64,000 bases of DNA from an uncultured Thermoplasmatales archaeon (GTDB lineage Archaea; Thermoplasmatota; Penumbrarchaeia; Penumbrarchaeales; Penumbrarchaeaceae): contig CAZLVP010000003.1 in NCBI GenBank assembly GCA_964563055.1, positions 48,646-112,645 on the forward strand. The letters are read 5' to 3'. A program made the translations under genes and the position numbers. This document shows, in pieces, positions 1 through 8,500 of the stretch; the stretch's first letter is position 1, and each line of letters begins with the position of its first letter. The notes under the pieces were generated by a model that worked only from the letters and a program-made list of their open reading frames with translations, did no database searches and had not been told where the DNA came from.

Positions 1-335
1 ACAGGCTCAACGAGACCGGTCCAGGCACCTATGCATCTATAATTCCCGCAACAGCCCTGACCTGGGATATGGAATATGCCTATCACTTTTCCGATATGGC
101 CAACGGCCCTGACCTGGCCCCTGAGCTCGGAGGCAAGTTCAGGACGCCCAAGCAGACCTCAATAGGGGATGATGATGACGATGACGACGATGATGATGAC
201 GATGAGGATGGGATCGGCAGATACATTCTGCCCCTCTGCATCGTTATAGGCATCGTTCTACTACTGGTCATCATAGTTCTGGTCCTCTTCCTTGCTTTGA
301 GGAAGAAGGATAAGTCCGGTTCATGGGAAGAATGA
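1..335 (+). CDS. C-terminal end of a larger surface protein (5'-partial; frame is open from the window start). It has a poly-Asp tract (D12-E-D), then a C-terminal TM anchor and an RKKD...SWEE tail.
   Basis: The frame is open from nt 3 to the stop at 335. The 12-residue Asp run is encoded by GAT/GAC repeats at about 166-207. The hydrophobic helix ILPLCIVIGIVLLLVIIVLVLFLAL is followed by a basic tail. Confidence 0.5.
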   Translation, partial: RLNETGPGTYASIIPATALTWDMEYAYHFSDMANGPDLAPELGGKFRTPKQTSIGDDDDDDDDDDDDEDGIGRYILPLCIVIGIVLLLVIIVLVLFLALRKKDKSGSWEE

Positions 336-416
336 TCCCCTCAGGCATCGACGGCACTGTCGAACCCAAAAGGCATATATGGTCGTACCATCCATCGCAG
401 TACTGGAGGCCCTCTC

Positions 417-2765
417 TTGAGATCCACCCCTGCTGCCAGGGCAGCGTTCCACTTGATAGCAGCGTTCATTGTCACTGCCCCCCTCCTGTTCATCGCATAC
501 GGTACGTCATCTTTAGTACCTCTCAATGTCCGAACGGCCTTGGAGGCCCGGGAGCATCTGGACCCATATCTCAAAAAGGTCATGGAGGAGGGAGAGGGGG
601 AAATGAGAGTATTGGTCCGGTTTACCGACTGGCCTATTGTGGACGATATCAGGTCCGCTGAAGGTCTGGGAATGGACCACATCTGTTCTATGCAGGTCCT
701 TCCAGCAGCTCTTTTTAAGGGGACGCCAGAACAGATATCCGTGCTCTCAAGGGCTCCCAGGGTCGAATGGATAGAGTTCGACGGTGACCTCGAGCTGCTG
801 ATGGAACAGTCCCTCCTGACCATAAATGCCACGGTCACATGGAACTCGTGGCTCGAGGGAGCAAGGATGACATTCCCCAGAATAGACGGTGAAGGTGTGA
901 CCGTTGCGGTCGTCGATACCGGCATCGATGCTGGTCACCCGGACCTGGACTACGGCGAGAAGACCATAATCAACATCAAGTCCGACATACCCGGTGGCCC
1001 ATGGTACGAGCTCGAGAACTCCGATACGAGCTACGGACACGGGACCCATTGCGCAGGGACCATAGCTGGCAACGGGGACGCCTCGGCGGGAGCCAGGGCC
1101 GGCGTCGCCCCGGCGGCTAAGCTGATCGGACTTTGTGTGGGCGATGTCGGTATCACCCTGACAAATACGCTCCAGGGCCTCGAATGGGTCTATATGAACT
1201 CAAAACCCCCCAACCCATACAATATCAAGGTGGTCTCGAACTCGTGGGGCGGTGGGGCGGCTGAATATGACCCGGAGGATGCGACGTCCATCATATGTCA
1301 GAAGCTCACCTACGAGAACAACGTGCTTGTTGTCTTCGCAATGGGCAATGCCGGAAGCGGGTATCATACCGGAGAGACACTTACTGCCTCTCCCACTGGT
1401 CTAATACCTTCCAACATCGGTGTCGCAGCGACGGAAAGGGACGGTTCGGGAGTGGCATATTTCTCGTCACGTGGCGAGAAGGGGAAGAACCAGACCTATC
1501 CTGATATATCCGCTCCTGGGGTGAGGATCTGGTCAGCCCATGCCAGGGCCACACAGATATCTGCCATCTCCAAACTGAGAGGAAATCCCAACCCATACTA
1601 CCTGGCAATATCTGGAACATCGATGGCAACCCCACACATATCCGGACTTGCCGCCCTCATGTTCCAGGCTGCACCATCCCTGAGGATATCCGGGAGGTTC
1701 GAGGACTACAGCGGGGACGACCCAGAAGGTTGGTACGGGAACACCTTCAACAGGATACACGAGGTAGAGTGGATAATGGAGCAGACCGCGTTCTACATCC
1801 CACCCGACGGCGTTCCGCTGAGCGACGAGAGCACCGATAATGGGGTCCCGGAGCCCGAGGACATGGGTCCCACCGAGGTCGGTTGGGACGGGAGGAAGAT
1901 GGACTGGGCCCAGGGTTATGGCCTTGTGGATGCCGAAAAGTGCGTTGGGGTTGCCCTCACACTGCAGCACCTACGCACAGCCTACCCCCCGGCCAACCAG
2001 TGGAGCGTCAAGGATGCGATAGAGGTCTATTACCAGAACGAGGTGTTCGGACCTGCGTTCCATAATCTATCCACCGACACCCTTCAGACAACATGGACCG
2101 GTGAGTTCGCCAGATATGCCCAGGACGATGAGGGACCTCTTTTGGTCCAGAACCAATCAAGGCGGGTTTGGGTCCCTGGGGGAGCGACCGAGATGACCAT
2201 AGTCCTCTCCTACGACCCCGTGAACATTGTCGATAGGTCGGTCGGAGAGCTCACCTTCGTGGTGGATATGAACGATGACGGGACCTTCGATTACGAAGAA
2301 CCGTTCCTTGGGTCAAGGACCTCAGGTACTAAGGAGGCGGTCCTTCCCGTGGACGGGTCCAACACCGGTGGTTTTTGGGTGATAGGGGTCTATGGTCGCG
2401 GGTTCAGGATCATAAGGCCCATCATCGACAGGGAGTTCATGGAGCTGAGGATAGAGTATTCCCTTGGTGTCGCCCTCAGGATGGACATGCAAGAAGGAGG
2501 CATCATTTCGGTCACACCCCCTTTACCGACCTCCATGGTATCCATCTGGGAGGAGGGGACCCCCTCGGGAGGATACATGGGGGGTACAATATCCCTCTCC
2601 GGAACGGCGTTCCATATGAACAGGATGCATCCTATAGAGGAAACACCTCCACCTGGAAAGGAACGGTCCATGTTATGGTTGTTATTGCTGATAGTCGCTT
2701 TGGCCGCGGGAGTACTAGTAGCGGTCCTATATATCCGAAATAGAAAGAAGCCTTCAAAGGGCTGA
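417..2765 (+). CDS. Subtilisin-like serine protease (S8 family). It has an N-terminal signal/anchor and propeptide and a C-terminal TM anchor.
   Basis: The catalytic triad motifs VAVVDTGID (Asp), HGTHCAGTIAG (His) and GTSMATPHISG (Ser) are present. The C-terminal helix is LWLLLLIVALAAGVLVAVLYI followed by RNRKK. The start is TTG at 417; an ATG at 582 is the alternative. Confidence 0.85.
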   Translation: MRSTPAARAAFHLIAAFIVTAPLLFIAYGTSSLVPLNVRTALEAREHLDPYLKKVMEEGEGEMRVLVRFTDWPIVDDIRSAEGLGMDHICSMQVLPAALFKGTPEQISVLSRAPRVEWIEFDGDLELLMEQSLLTINATVTWNSWLEGARMTFPRIDGEGVTVAVVDTGIDAGHPDLDYGEKTIINIKSDIPGGPWYELENSDTSYGHGTHCAGTIAGNGDASAGARAGVAPAAKLIGLCVGDVGITLTNTLQGLEWVYMNSKPPNPYNIKVVSNSWGGGAAEYDPEDATSIICQKLTYENNVLVVFAMGNAGSGYHTGETLTASPTGLIPSNIGVAATERDGSGVAYFSSRGEKGKNQTYPDISAPGVRIWSAHARATQISAISKLRGNPNPYYLAISGTSMATPHISGLAALMFQAAPSLRISGRFEDYSGDDPEGWYGNTFNRIHEVEWIMEQTAFYIPPDGVPLSDESTDNGVPEPEDMGPTEVGWDGRKMDWAQGYGLVDAEKCVGVALTLQHLRTAYPPANQWSVKDAIEVYYQNEVFGPAFHNLSTDTLQTTWTGEFARYAQDDEGPLLVQNQSRRVWVPGGATEMTIVLSYDPVNIVDRSVGELTFVVDMNDDGTFDYEEPFLGSRTSGTKEAVLPVDGSNTGGFWVIGVYGRGFRIIRPIIDREFMELRIEYSLGVALRMDMQEGGIISVTPPLPTSMVSIWEEGTPSGGYMGGTISLSGTAFHMNRMHPIEETPPPGKERSMLWLLLLIVALAAGVLVAVLYIRNRKKPSKG

Positions 2766-2826
2766 TCGTACGCATTTAGGGACCTATTATAAATCGGCGC
2801 AGGCCCATTTTTCCTTTGGTGGAACA

Positions 2827-3246
2827 ATGGGTTACAAACGGATAGTCACCATCGAGGACATAATGGAGAACCGCAACAGGGCTTTGATCTACCGGACCAT
2901 TGTGGCCTACCCAGGTGCCAGCTTTTCCGATATTAGGATGCTATTGGGGATCAAGAACGGCACTTTGTCACACCATTTGATAAAGTTGGAGAAAGAAGGC
3001 CTTATAAAGTCCAAGAAGATGGGAATATTCCGAAAGTTCTTCCCGGCCAACGGGGTCGTACCCAAGGACCTCGAGGAGAAGATCAAGGACGTTGTCCTGG
3101 ATAATCCGGGTATCTCGCAATCGATGGTCGCCAGGTCACTTGATATCACAAGGCAGGTTGCCAATTATCACATCAACTCCCTCAAGAGGAAAGGGATCGT
3201 CATCGTCAAGAGGGCCGGTAGGGATTCCCAGGTCTACCTAAGGTGA
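2827..3246 (+). CDS. Transcriptional regulator made of two tandem winged-helix HTH domains (ArsR/Lrp-like).
   Basis: Two repeats of the pattern '...SFSDIRMLLGIKNGTLSHHLIKLEKEGLI' and 'ISQSMVARSLDITRQVANYHINSLKRKGIV' are present. Size is 139 aa. Confidence 0.55.
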   Translation: MGYKRIVTIEDIMENRNRALIYRTIVAYPGASFSDIRMLLGIKNGTLSHHLIKLEKEGLIKSKKMGIFRKFFPANGVVPKDLEEKIKDVVLDNPGISQSMVARSLDITRQVANYHINSLKRKGIVIVKRAGRDSQVYLR

Positions 3247-3312
3247 TATAGCAATAAAGATCGGACCTCTCTGAAACCGTCCGATAATGGCATAAGGCCC
3301 TCATTCGATCCA

Positions 3313-3483
3313 TCATCTTTTATTAATGGTATATGCGCAATTGGTGCATTTCCAGATCTCGAATATGTCCTGGCCTCTGGAGAATGGGACCAGATTGCCC
3401 TTATCGCACTTAGGGCATTTCGGGAACAGTTCCGCCGTGTTTACCGCCTCCGAATCAATATGACCGACCGGCTTATTAATCAT
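3313..3483 (-). CDS. Small (56 aa) zinc-ribbon protein with CPKC...CTNC. It is not in the ORF track, which has a 60-aa cutoff.
   Basis: Manual minus-strand translation gives MINKPVGHIDSEAVNTAELFPKCPKCDKGNLVPFSRGQDIFEIWKCTNCAYTINKR with four Cys in a CxxC...CxxC arrangement. It lies in an intergenic gap of about 650 bp. Confidence 0.35.
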   Translation of the reverse strand: MINKPVGHIDSEAVNTAELFPKCPKCDKGNLVPFSRGQDIFEIWKCTNCAYTINKR

Positions 3484-3896
3484 TTTCCTCTCTTCAAATG
3501 GGCACTATTACCATTTATGACCCATGGTGGACCCTTATTGCGGACCGATTACATGAAGAGGAGGGTCCCGATGATTATTAGACCTGTGACGGTAAGTATC
3601 GTCATAAGGAGCAGTGTCAGGTGGACATGGGGGCCATGCTCTGGATCGTCGAGGGCGCCCATTAGTCCCTTGCTCCCTAGAGTGGAGATGACCTTTCCGA
3701 ACGAATATTTGGGCGGTGTGTTCCCAAGCTGTGTTCCGTCCATTTCTGGCACCCCTGAACCCCACAGGGATGATGATTACTTAACGGTTTGGTATTAGGG
3801 GGCGGTCCCGGACAACAAACAGGAACGGGGTCATAGATAGATTTATCGTCAATACGTCCTTTCGGCGGCCCAGAAGTATCTCCTGGAGATGGTACA

Positions 3897-5420
3897 ATGA
3901 CCGTGAAGCTTGACGGTGAGACAGTAACGTTCGAGGATATTGCCAGGGTCGCCAAGGGCGGGGAGAAGGTGGAGCTGACGGAACAGGCGAAGCAACGGGT
4001 TGAGAGATGCCAGGATATGATATCGGCCTTGGTCGCAAGGGGAGAGAAGATCTACGGGGTGACGACCGGTATAGGTGAGCTGGCTTCAGTAATGCTCACC
4101 CCTGAGCAGGGGCTAGAGCTCCAGAAACGGATAATTTACTCCCACAGCGCTTCCTTCGGGGACGACCTGCCCGAGGATGAGGTCAAGGCCGCTATGGCCT
4201 CAAGGGCAAATGTATGGGCAAAGGGTCATACTGGGATCAGGCTCTCCACGGTCAGAACGTACCTGGAAATGGTGAACAGGGGGGTGGTGCCCATAGTCTA
4301 TGAGAAGGGCTCTGTCGGCTGTTCTGGGGACCTTAGCCCGCTGTCCCAGATCGCCGAGGTCGTCATAGGGGATGGCAGGGCAAGGTTCAACGGAGAGGTC
4401 CTGCATGGGAAGGAAGCGATGCAGAGGGCCGGGCTCGAGCCCGTTGTCCCTACCTTCAAAGAAGGTCTGGCCCTTATAAACGGGACCCAGGTGATGGTCG
4501 GTCAGATGTGCCTGGTCCTTGAGAGGTCACGTTCCCTGATAAAGGATGCCATGATCGCCTCGGCCATGTCCCTGGACGCCCTAAGGACGGTCTTGAAGCC
4601 GTTCGATGAGAGGGTCCATCTGGCCAGACCGCACAAAGGCCAGATCTCCGTTGCTAGCAACTTGAGGAGATTGCTGGATGGGTCCGAAATACTTGCAAGA
4701 CCATCCGGTAAGGTCCAGGACGGTTATTCGATGAGGTGCACACCTCAGATAATCGGCCCCACACTCGACCTATGGCACTATGCTCGGGGCGTCATAGAGA
4801 CAGAGCTGAACTCGGTAGTGGACAACCCAATTTTCTTCCCAGACCAGGACGACTTTGTTGGAGCGGGAAATTTTCACGGCCAACCAGTAGGCATCGCGGC
4901 CGATGTACTTAAGATAGGGATGTCAGAGCTATGCGACCTCTCCGAGAGGCATATAAACAGATTGCTGAACCCGGTCCTCTCCGGATTGCCGCCTTTCCTT
5001 GTCAATGGAGCCGGAATGAACTCCGGCCAGATGGTTGCCCAATATACGGCGGCAGTGCTAGTTTCGGAGAACAAGGTCCTGTCACATCCCGCATCCGTCG
5101 ATTCCATCTCCGTTTCGGCCGACCAAGAGGACCATGTATCAATGGGACCCGTTGCCATCAGGCATCTGAAGGAGGTCTGTAAGAACACCGTCGGGGTCCT
5201 TGCCATTGAGATGCTCACGGCCGCCCAGGCCCTTGATTTCAGGAAGCCGCAGAGACCAGGGGTCGGTACCATGGCCGCTTACGAGGTGATAAGGCAGAAA
5301 GTGCCATTCCTGGAGGACGACCGTCCGTTGCACCCGGATATCAAGGCCGTTGCCGACCTGATCCGGAACGGGACCATAAGGGAAGCTGTGGAGAGGACCG
5401 TGGGCGAACTGGAAGTGTGA
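3897..5420 (+). CDS. hutH: Histidine ammonia-lyase family (MIO-dependent aromatic amino acid ammonia-lyase).
   Basis: The MIO-forming triad is recognisable in GSVGCSGDLSPLSQIAE, but reads C-S-G rather than the usual A-S-G. The LQKRIIYSHSASFG region has the 'SH' typical of HAL. Length is 507 aa. Confidence 0.8.
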   Translation: MTVKLDGETVTFEDIARVAKGGEKVELTEQAKQRVERCQDMISALVARGEKIYGVTTGIGELASVMLTPEQGLELQKRIIYSHSASFGDDLPEDEVKAAMASRANVWAKGHTGIRLSTVRTYLEMVNRGVVPIVYEKGSVGCSGDLSPLSQIAEVVIGDGRARFNGEVLHGKEAMQRAGLEPVVPTFKEGLALINGTQVMVGQMCLVLERSRSLIKDAMIASAMSLDALRTVLKPFDERVHLARPHKGQISVASNLRRLLDGSEILARPSGKVQDGYSMRCTPQIIGPTLDLWHYARGVIETELNSVVDNPIFFPDQDDFVGAGNFHGQPVGIAADVLKIGMSELCDLSERHINRLLNPVLSGLPPFLVNGAGMNSGQMVAQYTAAVLVSENKVLSHPASVDSISVSADQEDHVSMGPVAIRHLKEVCKNTVGVLAIEMLTAAQALDFRKPQRPGVGTMAAYEVIRQKVPFLEDDRPLHPDIKAVADLIRNGTIREAVERTVGELEV

Positions 5421-5573
5421 GCTGGCCTGTTCGTTCCGGGGGTCCAGCAATCCTCTGACCATGGAAAACTAAATATCTTAAAACGGTGATACTTCAGAGG
5501 TCCATTCGTGGTCAGCAGGGTCCCGTATCCTCTGGCCAGATCTCCTAATAGGGATAGAATTCAGGTGGGGCAT

Positions 5574-8500
5574 ATGAACAGAAAGGTGTCACTTGTAGCG
5601 CTGTTGGTCGTGATCCTGATGGGAGCATCGTTCCTGCCGTTCCTGACCGGAATAGGGGCAGAGACACAGGGAGAGGGAGACCCCAAACCCCTGGCAGATG
5701 ATTACTACGGAGATTATTACGTATACTCCGGGGATGAGGACCACATAGAGGACCAGGACTGGAACATGTACGGCAGCATCTACGTCTATGGGACGCTGTA
5801 CATTAACCGCACAACGCTCCATTTCGGTGGATATGATGAGGGTTATGAGAACGGGGACCTGGGCATATATGTCTATTCTAGCGGTGCACTCTACGTGGAC
5901 GAGAGCAACTTCACCGCCAAGGACCAGACGACTGTGGTCGATAAGCCCGGGATAATCGCCTGGAACCGCTGGTGGGGGACCTGCTGGCATTTCCAGATAT
6001 TCGGAAAGGCCAATCTCACCAACTCCGACTTCAGCTATATGTGGGGGGACGGGGGCAACTCATTGGGGAACTTCGACGGAGGCATCCAGTGCTATTCTGA
6101 TGACATTTACATCTACAACTGCTACATCTACAACAACATGAACGCAGGTGTTTCAACGATCAGCGATCCATCCGGCTCGAATACAGCGGGCGGTTTCGAT
6201 TTCACTATGGACAATTGCGTCGTATCGAACACCTCCGGTTGGGGGATCGCAGCTGGCGGGTCCGGAGCACAGCCGAAGGTAACCAACACGACCATCATTG
6301 GCAGCGGCTACAGAGGTGCTCAGTACTTCTACGGTGCCAGTGGTGTCATTGACCAATGCAAGTTCCTGAACACCAAGCGCGAGTTCGGTTTCACCTACGA
6401 CCCGATAGTCGGCGGGACAATGACCATAACCAATACCACATTCAGCGGTAACAGGGATGGTTATTCTGCAAGGAGGACGGGGACGGTCAATCTCATAGAC
6501 TGCCATTTGGACAACAACCGAAGATGGGGCCTTGAGCTCGCCCATGACGCCTCCAGTATGCAGATCGTGTACATGAGGGGAGGTTCGGCGAACGGTAACG
6601 GCATGCACGGAGTCTCGGCGAACCTTACCCCCACGACCGCAACGCTCATGAACGTCGAGATCGCAAATAACAACATGAACGGCGTTTATATTTACGACCA
6701 GACCAATGTTGTGGACCTGATAGGTTGCTCCATCTTCGACAACAAGGGATATGGTGTTGAGTACAAGATGACCGCAGGGAGCATCAAGTCCTGCGATATA
6801 GCCCGGAACCTCAAAGGAAATGTCCTCTTGTTGAACGGGACGACGACAATTGTCCAGGACAACGAAATAAACGGCACGACACCGTTCGGTGTGAAGGTCC
6901 AGAACGCCCAACCATCGATCGTCGCCAACTGGATACGCAGGAACGACATAGGTTTGGAGATCATGTCGGATGGAGCACCTTCGAGCATTTCCGGGAACAC
7001 CTACGACAACAACAAGGTGGGGGTCCATGTCAAAGCGGATGCCATCGACCTGAGAATGGAGACATTCATAAGGAACGCACAGTCGGGCATATTCCTGGAC
7101 GATGTATCCGGGTTCATGATCAACGGTGGCTCGTTCACGAACGATAACATTGGGATCTCGATATCCGGTGGTGAGGTTGCGGATGTTACGGATGTGGTCA
7201 TGAGCGGTGCTTCCACTGCAGCGATATCCTTGAACAACAACGCTAACCTCACCATCAAGGACTGCCAGATGAGCGGGAACACCAGGGACTTCAGGCTCGA
7301 TATCGAATCACAGTGCAGGGCCTATTCGGTCGGATCACCGACCACCAAGGTCCAGGTCCTTGACTCAAGGTCCGAGCTCTGGCACTTCTGGAACGTAGCC
7401 ATCAACGCACACGACAACCAGACGCTATTCCCCATCTCAAACGCGAACCTGATCGTCTATGGGGCCAATGGTGAGCTGCTAATGAGCAAGAAGACAGGCT
7501 TCGACGGAGGCGCTTACGGTGATGTCCTTGAATATTATATCCGCGGGTCCCAGACCACCGTCTACAACCCGGTCAATATTACCGTTTCAAAGCCCGGTTA
7601 CATACCTTACTGGGGGGGTCCTGGGATCCTTGACCAGGATGTCTTCTTGGAGGTCAACCTCTCAGTCAACAAAGCCCCGGCCTTCTCCGAGCCCTGGGAA
7701 TACTCGCCGGACGAGACGCACTATAACAGGCCAACACTAAAATGGAACGCATCCACCGACTGGAACCAGGACATCATCAATTACATGGTGAACGTCTATC
7801 AGGATGAGCTCTATTCATCTAACCGTGTAGTGATAGACGCTGTAACGAGGGCCCCGCAGTTCACTTTTACCAAGAACCTCAGGTACAACAAGGAGTATTT
7901 TGTAGAGGTCAAGACCTATGACCCCTGGGGACTTAATGATACCCGGGTCTTCAGCTTCAGGACCATCAATACAAAGCCAACCACCCCGATCCTGGCCTTC
8001 GAGATGTCCCCTGTCTCGACCAGGGACAATATAGTGGTGCTTGTGAAGGTCAATGCCACGGACGTGGATGTTGACCCGATCGATGATATTAGCTACCTAG
8101 TAGAATGGGAGGTCTTCCGCAGCGGTTCTTGGGTCCTTCTGAGCTCGGGGATAGATGCCTTCATGCTCCATTCGAACAAGACCAATGAGGGGGACCGCAT
8201 AAGGGTCCGTGTGAAGGCCTTCGACGGGATAGAGTACGGTCAGGAGGTAAGTATGGAGGTACTTGTCCTGAACTTCGCGCCCAAGCTCCTCAAGGGAAGC
8301 GTTGACCTGACCATAAACGAGGACGAGATCGCCTTGAACCTGGTCTCGTTGGACGAGTTCTTCTCCGACCAGGACATGGACGACCTTACCTACAGCGTGT
8401 TCTTCCAGAGGCACGTATTGGCCGAGATAGAGCCCGTATCCAACAACCTAACCTTAACGCCCCTCCCCGATTGGGTCGGGACGGATTACATATTGGTCGA

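Noticed and set aside
341-925. Minus-strand ORFs of 194 aa and 100 aa overlapping the subtilisin gene.
   Set aside because: They are antisense shadow ORFs inside a strongly supported S8 protease frame. They carry no recognisable motif and are compositionally low-complexity.
3460-3798. A 112-aa + ORF, and small minus ORFs at 3535-3765 and 3549-3752, in the regulator-hutH gap.
   Set aside because: Their translations are low-complexity and Pro/Arg/Ser-rich with no motifs. The 67-aa minus ORF does have one TM-like helix, but there is no other support. Only the 56-aa Zn-ribbon frame (3313-3483) looked protein-like.
6153-7028. A 291-aa minus-strand ORF, and several others, inside the giant adhesin gene 5574-9722.
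   Set aside because: They are antisense to a long, repeat-supported coding frame, which makes them typical GC-rich shadow ORFs.
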